Shown: positions 9,105 to 20,200, numbered from the stretch's first letter. The stretch: DNA of 64,000 nt from an uncultured Pseudomonadota bacterium (GCA_913058255.1 CAJXQU010000008.1:32479-96478); one strand, 5' to 3'. Numbers and translations: made by a program. Notes: generated from the letters alone by a model not told the origin.

Positions 9105-11771
9105 TTATATCGTCCAAGGCGCGGGTGCTTCGGTATCCAGTTCATATTGTTTAATGGCCTTATCGACTTGCTTCATGTCGATTTCACCAAGGTCAGCTAA
9201 ACTCTTCAAGGCTGCAACCACAACATAATAACGATTCACTTCAAAGAAACGACGCAGGTTTTCTCGGGTATCCGAACGGCCAAAACCATCGGTACCAAGC
9301 ACCGTGCAGGGGCGATCAATATAGGGTCTAATCTGATCCGCAAATAGCCGCATATAATCGGTTGAGACGATCACGGGTCCATCCTGTTTTTCCAAACATT
9401 TTTCAACATGCGATTTCTTCGCAGGCTTGCTGGGATGTAGTCTGTTCCAACGCTCACATTCCTGACCATCACGCGCCAGTTCCGTGAAGCTTGGGCAACT
9501 CCAAAGATCGGATTCAACGCCCCAGTCTTTTTTGAGAAGCTCAGCCGCCGCGAGTACTTCACGGAAGATAACCCCGCTGCCCATCAATTGGACTCTAGGT
9601 TTCTTCGAGCGACCACCTTTCTTGAATAGATACATGCCTTTGAGAATATTTTTCTCAGAGCCTTTTAATAGCTCAGGGTGTGTATAGTTTTCATTCATTA
9701 CGGTGATGTAATAAAAAATATCTTCCTGCTCAACGTACATCCGTTGTAAACCATCTTGAATGATCACTGCCAGCTCACAAGCATATGTCGGATCATAAGA
9801 GATACAGTTTGGAACCATGGCTGACATCAGATGACTATGGCCATCTTCATGTTGTAAACCTTCCCCATTCAGTGTGGTGCGACCCGCCGTGCCACCGAGC
9901 AAGAAACCTCGAGTACGTTGATCAGCAGCTGCCCAGATCAAATCTGCAACCCGTTGGAAACCAAACATAGAATAGAAAATATAGAACGGGACCATGGGGA
10001 CGCCATGCGTAGAGTAAGATGTCCCTGCTGCAATCCAATCACACAGGCCACCAGCTTCGTTGATACCCTCTTGCAAAACCTGACCATTCTTATCTTCTTT
10101 ATAAAACATCAGTTGATCAGAATCTTGTGGAGTATAAAGTTGACCGACCTGTGACCAAATCCCGAGCTGGCGGAACATGCCTTCCATACCGAAGGTTCTC
10201 GATTCATCAGGCACAATCGGCACGATGCGATCACCAATACTTTTGTTCTTCGTTAAAATATTCAACAGTCGTACAAACGCCATAGTGGTCGATATTTCAC
10301 GACCTTCTGCCGTGGCTTCTAACAAGGGTTTGAAGTCACTTAATGGTGGCATTTCTAAAGCATCAGATTTTTCACGACGTACCGGTAAGTAACCTCCTAA
10401 AGATTCGCGATGTTTGGACATGTATTCCAATTCAACACTACCCTCTTCAAAAGTTAAGTAAGGGTAGTTTTCGATCTCGTCATCCTTAACAGGCAGATTG
10501 TAACGATTACGTAAATTACGTAGTGATTCAACGCTCATGTGTTTTTGTTGATGCGAAATATTTTGTGCTTGGCCTGAACGACCCATGCCATAACCCTTGA
10601 TCGTTTTCGCAAGGATAACGGTCGGCTGACCTTTGTGCTCATTCGCCGATTTAAATGCGGTAAAGATCTTCGCAGGATCGTGACCACCACGATTTAAGTC
10701 CCAAATATCTTGATCAGACCAGTCTGCCACCATGGCCGCTAACTCTGGACTGTTAAACAGATGTTCTCTTATATAAGCACCGTCTTTAGCTTTATACGTT
10801 TGGAACTCGCCATCCACGCAGTCCATCAAGCGGGTTAATAAGACCTGATCCTTATCACGAGCAAATAAAGCATCCCAATGTCGGCCCCAAACTAGCTTGA
10901 TCACATTCCAACCGGCTCCACGAAAAACGCTTTCCAACTCTTGAATAATCTTGCCATTACCACGCACAGGTCCATCGAGACGCTGTAGGTTACAGTTAAC
11001 GACGAAGATCAGGTTGTCGAGCTTTTCACGCCCCGCCATGTCGATCGCACCTAATGATTCTGGCTCATCTGTCTCACCATCACCTAAGAATGCCCAGACT
11101 TTGCGACCCGACGTGTCGGCAAAATTTCTATCTCTCAAATACAACATGAAACGCGCTTGGTAAATGGCCATGATCGGCCCAAGCCCCATCGAAACAGTTG
11201 GAAATTGCCAGAAGTCAGGCATCAACCAAGGATGCGGATAGGAACTTAAACCGCCACCATCGATCTCTTGGCGGAAGTTGTCCATTTGCGATTCACTCAA
11301 GCGGCCCAACATAAAGGCTCGTGCATAAATCCCTGGAGAAGAATGGCCTTGGATAAAGACCAAGTCTCCTTCGTGTGTCGCTGAAGGGGAGTTCCAAAAG
11401 TGGTTATAACCCACATCATATAAGGTGGCGGACGAGGCGAAACTGGATATATGGCCACCAACATTGGTGTCTACATTGGCTCGTAAAACCATCATCATGG
11501 CATTCCAGCGTACGTAGGAACGTATCCGCCGTTCGATATCATGATCCCCGGGGAATGCAGCTTGCATCTCAACAGGAATGGTATTCTGATAAGCCGTGTT
11601 GGCGCTGAAAGGAATGTCACTGCCCGATTGACGGGATATATCGAGGAGCTGATCAATTAGATAGTGGGCTCGTTCATGGCCGTCTTTACTAAGGACAGAT
11701 TTTAGGGACTCGACCCATTCTTCTGTCTCTACAGGATCGATATCATTGGGGTTAGGTATTGCTTCTCGCAT
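9105..11771 (-). CDS. aceE: Pyruvate dehydrogenase E1 component (homodimeric type)
   Basis: 888 aa, the length and layout of AceE. ThDP motif region GDGETDEPES...NCNLQRLDG. Lies upstream of aceF. Confidence 0.95.
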   Translation of the reverse strand: MREAIPNPNDIDPVETEEWVESLKSVLSKDGHERAHYLIDQLLDISRQSGSDIPFSANTAYQNTIPVEMQAAFPGDHDIERRIRSYVRWNAMMMVLRANVDTNVGGHISSFASSATLYDVGYNHFWNSPSATHEGDLVFIQGHSSPGIYARAFMLGRLSESQMDNFRQEIDGGGLSSYPHPWLMPDFWQFPTVSMGLGPIMAIYQARFMLYLRDRNFADTSGRKVWAFLGDGETDEPESLGAIDMAGREKLDNLIFVVNCNLQRLDGPVRGNGKIIQELESVFRGAGWNVIKLVWGRHWDALFARDKDQVLLTRLMDCVDGEFQTYKAKDGAYIREHLFNSPELAAMVADWSDQDIWDLNRGGHDPAKIFTAFKSANEHKGQPTVILAKTIKGYGMGRSGQAQNISHQQKHMSVESLRNLRNRYNLPVKDDEIENYPYLTFEEGSVELEYMSKHRESLGGYLPVRREKSDALEMPPLSDFKPLLEATAEGREISTTMAFVRLLNILTKNKSIGDRIVPIVPDESRTFGMEGMFRQLGIWSQVGQLYTPQDSDQLMFYKEDKNGQVLQEGINEAGGLCDWIAAGTSYSTHGVPMVPFYIFYSMFGFQRVADLIWAAADQRTRGFLLGGTAGRTTLNGEGLQHEDGHSHLMSAMVPNCISYDPTYACELAVIIQDGLQRMYVEQEDIFYYITVMNENYTHPELLKGSEKNILKGMYLFKKGGRSKKPRVQLMGSGVIFREVLAAAELLKKDWGVESDLWSCPSFTELARDGQECERWNRLHPSKPAKKSHVEKCLEKQDGPVIVSTDYMRLFADQIRPYIDRPCTVLGTDGFGRSDTRENLRRFFEVNRYYVVVAALKSLADLGEIDMKQVDKAIKQYELDTEAPAPWTI

Positions 11772-12349
11772 CAGTGATTTCCTTTGTAGGCTCGGTTAGG
11801 GAGGTATGAAATATCAAATTCGTGCTAAACAGCTTCGAAGAAAAATAAATATTTTTGTAAATATCTCCATATACACGAAAGGGATATTTTTGTTTAGAGT
11901 TAGATCCATTGTCTTAGCCATCGTAGTTTTTATAATAAACTGATCATATTGAATAGATTTATACCCCAAAGATTTTAAAAATCATTAGGAACTCACTATA
12001 CAGAACCCAATAAAAATAATAAATCTTTAAATCAAGTAGAAATTAAAATATGACAACCTGATGATAAATCAAGGCCAAACCAATCAATAAACTAAGAGAT
12101 GCTTCAAGTATAACGCAACCGTTGTATTCCCTTGAAAAGACAATACCTTCCTGAGATAAATCAGAAAACATCAGAAAATAAGGCTTTAACAGAAGAGCAA
12201 CAAGAATCTAGTTCAACTGAAAAAGCCTTTTACATGAAAACGATGTACTACTTAAGTACTAGCTACATTCTATGTTTTTATAATGAAATAGCACAAACTT
12301 ATCAAAAGATCACCATCGTTAATAACTCGCCGAAGATAAAGTAAAGAAA

Positions 12350-13237
12350 TTACTCTATTTCATATGCCACAAGTTTATTCTCTATCATCAATGGAATTAT
12401 GATCAGTTTCTTTTTCAAAATTACTTCGTGATCAGCCGCTCCAGACGGTAGGTCTACCAATAACTCTGACTCTCCACTAGGCTTTATTAGTAATAAACCA
12501 CCATTAATCCAGTCAGTCACATAATAATTACCATTACCATCTGCTTCTACACCATCAAGGTTACCCACAGGTGTAGCATCGCCGAGAGGTTTAATTGTTT
12601 TGTTGATTAAAGAGACCGTTTTTAAATGTCCGGGCACTTCAGTATTAAATCCATTGGTTGGAAATCCCCAGCTACCAACAATCATATTATTACCTTCAAT
12701 ATGCAAACCATTGGGTGCTTCAAGTGCTGGACTGTTCAGCCACATGGCAAAAAGACCGATACTACTTAAACGATAGATCGAATCGGTCAACGTATCTGCG
12801 GCATAGACCTGACCATTGGCATCGGCTGCAACATCATTCAAATGGATCGCTGCTGGTGCAACATACTTATTTAAGATTTTACCCGTTGTAATATCAATTT
12901 CGACCAAAGAATTAATATCTGTAGCATAAAGTTTGTCATTTGAGATCGTTAACCCCTTCGGAGCATCGAGACCTGTGACCCATTTCATCTCAACTACTTT
13001 TCCTTCAGTTGTGACTCTAGAAATGAAACCATTGCCTAAATGTTTAAAACCATCTTCATTCATATTCGAAACGTAAAGAACATCTCGTTTCTCATCATAT
13101 ATTACCGACTCAGGCAGTTTGTAGATCGCTTCACTTTCCCAGACTTTTTTAAGTGTTGCCTGCTCAGCTTGGGCGGGATTGAGCATAATTGAAAAATAAA
13201 ATATTACTGCACTACTTGTTGATAAAAGCTTGTTCAT
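12350..13237 (-). CDS. Secreted beta-propeller-like protein (SMP-30/gluconolactonase/LRE- or NHL-like repeats)
   Basis: 295 aa. Signal peptide ending AQAEQ. Repeated short blades of the type LYVSN / LYATD / VYAADT / YYVTDW. Family assignment is tentative. Confidence 0.55.
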   Translation of the reverse strand: MNKLLSTSSAVIFYFSIMLNPAQAEQATLKKVWESEAIYKLPESVIYDEKRDVLYVSNMNEDGFKHLGNGFISRVTTEGKVVEMKWVTGLDAPKGLTISNDKLYATDINSLVEIDITTGKILNKYVAPAAIHLNDVAADANGQVYAADTLTDSIYRLSSIGLFAMWLNSPALEAPNGLHIEGNNMIVGSWGFPTNGFNTEVPGHLKTVSLINKTIKPLGDATPVGNLDGVEADGNGNYYVTDWINGGLLLIKPSGESELLVDLPSGAADHEVILKKKLIIIPLMIENKLVAYEIE

Positions 13238-13668
13238 TTTATTACTCCTTTAAGATTACATTTAAATTTTAATTACTAAGTTTATATAATTTCAACCACG
13301 TTTTAACAAAAATGTTTGAATTAAGTAAATACTTTCTATTTTTATTTAACCAACCACTCGACGATCTCAGTATGGTCAGAAAGTCCTTCTTCACAGATCT
13401 CAATATGTTTATTACTCTTTATGATCGGCACCGATCGCCGCCTTTAACAACTGGATCGCGTTCATCAAAACTCTTTCGATATCAAGTCCGAACGCGCTCC
13501 ATTGCTAGAATAAATTGTGCTATATCGTTTGCTGATGATAAATTCGAGAGAATTTCACCCAAAAATGAATCCTTTAATCACCAACCAAATTCAAATTTTC
13601 CTGCCCAATTCAGTTCTATACTAGCTTTTCATCGCTTGCTTCTATAAAGCTTAAATTGCTATTCGTTT

Positions 13669-14223
13669 TTATTTCTCAGACTGGATCAAAATCACATGTA
13701 AATACTTTGCTCCAGGTGCTCCGGTTTCAATCGTGCGTTCAATATCAGTTGTGCGGCTCGGCCCCGTTATCAAGTTTATCGTACGTGGCATTTCACATTG
13801 ACTATTACGTAACACTTGCCAAGTATCTTCCATCGTCTCGACAATGTTTTTGATATCTAATATAACGATATGATGATCCGGTAGAAAGTTCATTCCCGTA
13901 GAACTAATAGGTGAAGATAAAATAACCAACGTACCTGTCTCTTCTATGCCCATATAGGCAAATGTGACACTGGTAGATAATGTCTGTGGTTCATACTCGG
14001 CTGTCACGTCTACATCTTCCCAATCCAAGGAAGTTAGATCTGATTCATCTGTAACAGTAATCGTCCTATTGTCTTGATTTTTAACTGTATAGTTATGAAC
14101 TTCTTTTATGATTTCATTCTTACTCGAAATGATAGAATATGTCACCTTTGCAGCGTCTAACTTTAAAAGAAATTTCTCAGCGTTTGGCACATAATTAACT
14201 TCTCGGCAAGTATCAATCTTCAT
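13669..14223 (-). CDS. lutC: LUD-domain protein (LutC/YkgG family), possibly N-terminally truncated
   Basis: 184 aa. C-terminal half carries GIEETGTLVI...LPDHHIVILD...ITGPSRTTDIE...GAPGAKYLHVILI, typical of LutC. In-frame upstream codons (up to about 14316) read MIMEKIRQAR but are separated from the ORF by three stops. Confidence 0.6.
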   Translation of the reverse strand: MKIDTCREVNYVPNAEKFLLKLDAAKVTYSIISSKNEIIKEVHNYTVKNQDNRTITVTDESDLTSLDWEDVDVTAEYEPQTLSTSVTFAYMGIEETGTLVILSSPISSTGMNFLPDHHIVILDIKNIVETMEDTWQVLRNSQCEMPRTINLITGPSRTTDIERTIETGAPGAKYLHVILIQSEK

Positions 14224-14399
14224 CTTTAATCTTCCAGCTCACTTTACTTTATTACTTTAATTTTAAAAATCATCATTCGACCTTGCTTGGCGAATCTTTT
14301 CCATGATCATGTCACCTGATAATTTTTGTTGACCAGCTATGGTCACTCTTCTTTTAAAACCTTCCATTGTTTTGAACTGCCTTAACTTTGATCAATCGA

Positions 14400-14780
14400 A
14401 AGTCTCGAGTCTTAGCCCAACTATTCACTAAGGGTAAATACTTAATCCTGCTTTTTTAAACCCAGCAGACTTTAAAAATGCACATCTACTCAGAGATGTC
14501 TGATTCATCTTAAAACACACCCAGTGTAATGAATTATTATCATGTCAAGACATGCATCTGACAATGCAACTAAAAAATCATACTGCTCAAATGTTTCGAT
14601 AACTTGTCAAGCAATATTCTTTCAGTTATATCAATATCACCGTTGTTAAAATCTCGTTGTCCACAGCACACCTGCGAATTTGCGACTATCACGTCATAAC
14701 CTGTAGATTTCAATAGCTTTATCGAGGCAAAAACAACATTTTTGGACACATGGCATAACTCTACTGCCCAGCCACTTAAA
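14400..14780 (-). pseudogene. lutA: lutA (CCG-domain Fe-S oxidoreductase) relic
   Basis: Minus-strand translation of about 14748-14570 gives LCHVSKNVVFASIKLLKSTGYDVIVANSQVCCGQRDFNNGD, matching the LutA N-terminus (TCLVD...LLE.LG.EV..P..Q.CCGQP.YNSG). There is no start codon, a premature stop after about 63 aa, and further out-of-frame fragments downstream. Too little sequence remains between it and lutC (about 350 bp) to hold lutB. Confidence 0.6.
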
Positions 14781-15503
14781 AACCACTAGCAAGAGTAGAA
14801 AAGTCACAACTTATGCAGCCATCAATCCTTACCCAGATATAATCTTTATATACATGATTACTTTCAAATCATCAGCCTTTGATAATTTGAAAAATTCCTT
14901 AGGCCCATTTCCACATACTTTAAATAGGATAACGCTACTATTTTTAAACTTTCAACCGACCATATTCAGATAGAGTAAGCCTATGAAAAATATAGCTATT
15001 AAAGCAACAGACAGCTCGAAATTTGTGGCCGTCAGCTTTATAAAAAAGGCCTGCTCACGAGGCCTAAAATGTAAAGAGTGAGGCACTATTGATACCAACC
15101 TCAAGAATCTCTTCGCTACCGAAGAGAAATTTAATCATAAGTTAGTACATTAGGAGAGCATTACAATTGGCATGCCATGTGATTTAACACAACCAATGAC
15201 AAGATATTAATACACCTGAAAACGACCCTAATTATATGATTTATTAGAGCAATATGAAATCTGTTTATTACTTCGTCCACAAAGCTAAAATAAAATTAAT
15301 ACTTCAAAAGTGTTTAATACTTTCTACACCTGTCGCACAAGTTATCCATATCCATAACAAATATATATCGAGTATTAGATTCAAGTAGCTATATCCCTAA
15401 ATAGAGTTAATTTTATTAAAGACAATCATATAAACCATGCTATATTTAGCGTTAAATGTCTCTGTCATAAATAATTGATCAATGTGGTCAATGGAGTTTT
15501 AAT

Positions 15504-16580
15504 TTGAATATGTATACAAAATCAATTTCATTACATAAATTGATGCGTGTTTTCACCGGCCTATTAATACTACTGACATATGTGTCATCCAATGCAGTTG
15601 GCACAGAAAAAATAGTCTGGCAAGGAGGCTATGATTATGTGGCCATCGTTCCTACTGATAAAGCAAATCGCCTACCGAATAATCATCCAGTTCAAATAAG
15701 TCCACGAGATATTTATACCCTATTGAGCAGCATTCGTTTGTCTAAAGATGAAGGTGGTTTTTTTAACACTGATTTTTTTGATTCCAATTCTGACGACGAA
15801 AATTCTGAATATGATTCAGAAACAAGATCGCGACACCCACAGAATAAATTCTTTAGTACGAGTGAATTACGAAAAATTAGTGGTCCTATTTCAAAAGCCT
15901 TAGCAAAACTACAGCCAGGAGAAGATATTACATTTAGTGTTTCAGGACAGCATGAATTATACTTTGGAAAAAATATTCGTTCATCTACCGCGCGTATCTT
16001 CTATCTAGATAATAAATTACACATAATCTTTGGTACTACTTACGCTGACATTAGCAAAAAATATTTCCGGGCAGGCGGAACCACTAATGTAGCTGGACAA
16101 GCTGAAACTAACGACTTAAAACGATTTAGATTAAAAGTTGGATCACGTTCTGATAAGTCGCGTTTAAAAACTAAATTTATGACGGATGATTTTCATCAAC
16201 TATATATACAAAATAATAAGAAAAGGCACGATTGGCTTGTAATAGATACACCTCGTTTTATGGACAGTATAGAAAAAAATAAAATTTCAGAAAAACAAAC
16301 TCCTCGCACTACTGGTGAAGCCCGTGAATTACAATCACAAACCCAAAAAATTGATCAGGAACAACAACTTCTAAATAAAAAAATTGAGCGTTTAGAACGT
16401 GAGATGCAAGCAAGAGAGAAAAACTCCCAAAATGAGAATAGTAATAGCTATTCCAGACGTGTTAAGCCAACAGCGACACTTGAGGAGCGTTTATCGACAC
16501 TCAAAGAGCTTCATAAAAAAGGGATGGTTAGCGATAAAGCTTACAATGAAAAAGTAAGGCTCCTGCTAAAAGAATTATAA
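15504..16580 (+). CDS. Secreted hypothetical protein with coiled-coil and C-terminal SHOCT-like motif
   Basis: 358 aa. N-terminal hydrophobic signal segment (FTGLLILLTYVSSNAVG), a Q/E/K-rich coiled-coil near the C-terminus, and a terminal LSTLKELHKKGMVSDKAYNEKVRLLLKEL resembling SHOCT. Start is TTG 15504 or ATG 15510. Confidence 0.55.
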   Translation: MNMYTKSISLHKLMRVFTGLLILLTYVSSNAVGTEKIVWQGGYDYVAIVPTDKANRLPNNHPVQISPRDIYTLLSSIRLSKDEGGFFNTDFFDSNSDDENSEYDSETRSRHPQNKFFSTSELRKISGPISKALAKLQPGEDITFSVSGQHELYFGKNIRSSTARIFYLDNKLHIIFGTTYADISKKYFRAGGTTNVAGQAETNDLKRFRLKVGSRSDKSRLKTKFMTDDFHQLYIQNNKKRHDWLVIDTPRFMDSIEKNKISEKQTPRTTGEARELQSQTQKIDQEQQLLNKKIERLEREMQAREKNSQNENSNSYSRRVKPTATLEERLSTLKELHKKGMVSDKAYNEKVRLLLKEL

Positions 16581-16633
16581 AAACACTGTATCTATTAAGA
16601 GCATCCATGACAAAGTTGGATCTATATTATTAG

Positions 16634-17927
16634 AGGAGACATTTCGAATAGTCTAATGCTAATCGAGAAACATAGCCTTTAGTGGCTCGCCTTCAAGGTT
16701 TTTCTACATAGCATTAGAACAATGCCCGCATTTACTAGGCAATAGGAGGCGGTTTCTGCGCCATTAACTGTTTTTTTAAATCCTTCCTTATGTGGGATAG
16801 TTAAGACTTTTACGAGATCGTTGATCAATTAATGTAACGACGCTATTTATCTGTTGTCGTAGCACGACACGGACGGAAGTCGGTGCCTTTAAGAAAGTAA
16901 CTTCGTAATAGCTATTAGTTTTTTCACTCCTATCCTTCCCAAGGTGAGATCGGATGGGAAAATAAGAGACTCACATTTGTTTACCTTGTGCGATATCACG
17001 ATGTCGTACATTTTCACAGCCATTGTCTTGGATCAGTGTTCTACACAACTTCTCAAAGAATTGATTTAAAAAATTTTATAACCATAGTTAAGGCCTCTCT
17101 CCACCCTTCCATTCACTTCTCTGCGATTAAAAACGACTTTTACATTCCACATGAGTGGCTATCCCATCACCACACCACCTTTGTAACCTTTAACTGTCCC
17201 ACCTTTTAGCAACTGCATGGATGCAAGCGATAGCTCACCTACGAAACAGTAGCAAGTCACCAAGTCGGCTACATTTGTTCACTCCCGTTACACCGGCTCA
17301 ACAAATACCAATCCGATCTTGAATGTGACTACATCAGCCTTCTAGGCTCAGTGCCTTAGGTTTTTTATGTTGCATAACTCAAGCAAATAGCCCACCCTAG
17401 GTCTATAGATCACAATAGAACCTCTGATAAATGCTCGTCATGCTCGGTTGCAAAAGACTGGTTAAGGTATAGCGATGCTTCAAATAACCACGAATATCGC
17501 GTTAGGTGGCCAATGATATTCAACTTCTCAAGCGCAAACAGATAGAGGCGTTGATTGTCATACTTACAGAAATGACGACTCGCTTAGCATTTGTGCTACT
17601 GGTCTAATCTCAGCATAGCGACTTGATAGTGAGCCTTCATCGACTGAAGGTCGTGTGATGGCAGTTTAAGCCCCACCCAATTTCTCTCTAGCTGAGACCA
17701 AAGGGTAATAAAACCATTAAGGTATCACGTTCTTTTGCGCTAATATCGCTTATATGTCGATAGGGCATACATTCCTTTCCGATGAAATACGATCTTGACA
17801 ACCTCATTCTAGCGGTTAAGAAAGTCCAATTCTCTTAAAATCGTCAGTAAAACACTATGATCGGGTACCCACCAGCCGGTCATCAAACTAGATTAAAGAT
17901 TTTAACCTCGAAATCACTCACCTCCTC
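16634..17927 (-). mobile_element. Degenerate IS30-family insertion sequence (about 1.3 kb, transposase pseudogene)
   Basis: Minus-strand reading from 17772 gives MYALSTYKRYISAKERDTLMVLLPFGLS*REIGWGLNCHHTTFSR, the IS30 N-terminal HTH pattern (YKHLT..ER..I..L...G.S.R.IA..LGRS.STISRE). A C-terminal trace ...FLKGTDF... lies near 16850. Imperfect terminal repeats GAGGAGACATTTCGAA (16632-) and TCGAAATCACTCACCTCCTC (-17927). Many stops and frameshifts. Confidence 0.6.
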
Positions 17928-17986
17928 TTAAAACGGTTGAATAAACCAGAAAAGGCTCACAAAAGAGAATGTATGTATTTTACAAC

Positions 17987-18038
17987 ACTGTAGCACTTGA
18001 CACACTTATGTCACCGCAACTGTATCAAGTGCTACAGT
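17987..18038. repeat. Perfect 14-bp inverted repeat (ACTGTAGCACTTGA-N24-TCAAGTGCTACAGT)
   Basis: Read directly from the sequence. It lies between the IS30 relic and the porin-like gene, about 265 nt upstream of its start. Confidence 0.5.
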
Positions 18039-18303
18039 TACTACAATAATCATCACCTTCATCACCCAATTAATGAAAATCACGTTTACTTTTCATTAAT
18101 ATAAATTCAATATATTTCTTATATTTATCATAAGGATACGGGGTATAATGCCAACCAAAATCAAACCAAACCTTACAGCCCCAATCATATCTGTATTTCT
18201 GGCAAAGATATTGCTTAATGCCTTAATACGTTATTAATAACGTGACCTAATTACAACTGTAATGTTGTTTTTTTGATACATAAAACCAAAGGGGTGTATA
18301 GAA

Positions 18304-19569
18304 ATGAAACATAAACTAAATATGATGGCGGCAGCATTACCATTATTGCTGGGTGCAAACATTGCACATGCTGACGTCGATTTATTTGGCGGCAAAGTAA
18401 AGGCAGGCGGCTACCTAGCACAACATTGGCAATCTGCAATTGAAGTTAGTGGCGCTAATAGACAAAATGCAGCCGATGCAAGGCAAAACTCTGGCTTTCA
18501 ACGGTTGCGTGTTGGCTTATGGTTTTCTGCACAAATTAGCGATCGAGTTGGTGCGTTTATAGAAATTGCGGACGAGCCTAATGATTATGGAGCAGGTGAA
18601 CAGTTCAGCTTTGCTATGAATCAGGATCTGGCATGGATCGATTTAAAACTGACGGATAATGATATTCTCCGTGTTGGTAATGTTGTGGAAACAACCATGA
18701 ACTTTCTTCGCTATTCAGATGGCGCGTCCGTTCAAGGCAACCCTAACATTGGTAATGGTTTAGCTGATATGATTACTGCAACACACGGGATCTGGTTAAC
18801 TGGTGCCCATGATGCTTCATTTGGTAAATGGGATTATAACCTAACTCTAACCATCCCTTCTTTCGCCGACGCATTCTATGACGAAAGTGGTTATAACTAT
18901 GGTGCAAGAACTTCGATGACCACCAATAGTGGTTTTGGTATCGGCGCGGGTGTATTCATATTTGATGGCGATGTGGTCGGTTGTGCAACACCAACAACCT
19001 GTAAATTGGGTAACGGTGCAGCACAGCGTTCTTTAATGACTGTAGGTGATGGCGACAACTACCGAGTGGGCCAAAATGGACAAGGTACCCGCGCACAGGT
19101 AGCTGGTATCTTACCTGGGATTGATGGGCATGTTTGGCAGATTGATCTGATGTGGTCTGGTGATGCTGTTGGTGTACCATTAACGGTTCAAGCTTTCTAT
19201 GGTGAAGGTGAAGATGAATATAGCCATAGCACAGGATCTATGGCATCAAATGGTGGTGGTGACTTCAGCACAGTGGATGCGGAGCAAAGTTTCTGGGGAA
19301 TCTTTGGGAAGTATGCTATCAATGATAAGTTCTACGTATCTTCACGCTATCAGGTATCAACTAATGATACAGCTGGTGTCGGCGGTGAGAATGAAGTTGA
19401 TCGTCTTCAACTTACGGGTGGTTTCTGGATAAGTGACTCAACCTTGCTTAAGGCTGAATACGTCAAGCAGAATGAAGATGCTCAATCAGGTGGTGGTATG
19501 TGTAACCCTGCTGGTGCTAGCAGTTGTGACTGGGATGGCTTTGTCATGGAACTTTCTGTTTCGTTCTAA
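18304..19569 (+). CDS. Outer-membrane beta-barrel porin-like protein
   Basis: 421 aa. Signal peptide ...LLGANIAHA/DV, alternating Gly/aromatic-rich strands and a C-terminal aromatic signature ELSVSF. Confidence 0.7.
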   Translation: MKHKLNMMAAALPLLLGANIAHADVDLFGGKVKAGGYLAQHWQSAIEVSGANRQNAADARQNSGFQRLRVGLWFSAQISDRVGAFIEIADEPNDYGAGEQFSFAMNQDLAWIDLKLTDNDILRVGNVVETTMNFLRYSDGASVQGNPNIGNGLADMITATHGIWLTGAHDASFGKWDYNLTLTIPSFADAFYDESGYNYGARTSMTTNSGFGIGAGVFIFDGDVVGCATPTTCKLGNGAAQRSLMTVGDGDNYRVGQNGQGTRAQVAGILPGIDGHVWQIDLMWSGDAVGVPLTVQAFYGEGEDEYSHSTGSMASNGGGDFSTVDAEQSFWGIFGKYAINDKFYVSSRYQVSTNDTAGVGGENEVDRLQLTGGFWISDSTLLKAEYVKQNEDAQSGGGMCNPAGASSCDWDGFVMELSVSF

Positions 19570-19598
19570 AGCTCTTTATTGAAATTTCAATAAATAAA

Positions 19599-19627
19599 CC
19601 CTCACATCAATGTATGTGAGGGTTTTC
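19599..19627 (+). terminator. Rho-independent terminator
   Basis: CCCTCACAT-caatgt-ATGTGAGGG followed by TTTT, 30 nt after the porin stop. Confidence 0.7.
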
Positions 19628-19665
19628 CTGATCTGCTCCTGCTAATCCTATATCCTATCCTGTTC

Positions 19666-20200
19666 TGACCAAGTCCAACCGGACACATCTCTAAACTTAT
19701 TTTCAAGCTCAACTGGCAAACAATCACCATTAGTAGCTGTATGCAGTCTTTTAAGATTGTAATATTTCATATTGGCGGCCACATCAAGCTTTCATTTCAC
19801 TTCGTGTCGGCTGGACAACCTTATATAACCAATCATGCTTAATACTGCCGAAAAAGCGCTCACCCCCCAACAAGCACCGACATAGCACATACTGGCTCGA
19901 ATACCATAAGCAGTTATTCATTTACGATATGGCTTATTGATACACTGTTCCCCTCTTTCACTATAAAAAACGAGTCCCTTCGGTGATTGTCTAAGGTACA
20001 AACCTTCATCATCGCTTTGCTAATTAAACCCGTCGTCATACTTTATCCACATACCAACCAACGATACGCTGAGAATATAAGTCCATAACAACGGCTAAAG
20101 ACAACCAGCCATCATTGGTTTTTAAATAACTCACATCATCTGCCCAGACTTGATTCGAGCGACCTTTCCCCATCATTAGTACCAGCGCATTGTTCAGATT
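19666..20200 (-). mobile_element. IS3-family element 'X', 3' part (OrfB pseudogene plus right terminal repeat)
   Basis: Minus-strand fragments NALVLMMGKGRSNQVWADDVSYLKTNDGWLSLAVVMDLYSQRIVGW (DDE N-region) and MKYYNLKRLHTATNGDCLPVELENKF (OrfB C-terminus). The terminal sequence TGACCAAGTCCAACCGGACAC at 19666-19686 matches TGGTCTACTACAACAGGACAC (reverse complement of 22691-22711) at 14 of 21 positions. Confidence 0.6.

Noticed and set aside
12132-12344. 70-aa ORF downstream of the aceE promoter region
   Set aside because: It lies in an AT-rich spacer, is low-complexity and has no RBS. It is probably non-coding.
13312-13647. 111-aa ORF in the spacer between the beta-propeller gene and lutC
   Set aside because: No RBS or motif. 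The opposite strand shows vague ArsC/Spx-like snippets (…IEICEEGLSDHTEIVEWLVK…), but I could not assemble a convincing frame, so I made no call.
16600-18300. Group II intron or structured ncRNA in the ORF-free region
   Set aside because: No GUGCG 5' end paired with a domain V-like hairpin and no reverse-transcriptase motifs. The minus-strand translation fits a decayed IS30 transposase instead.
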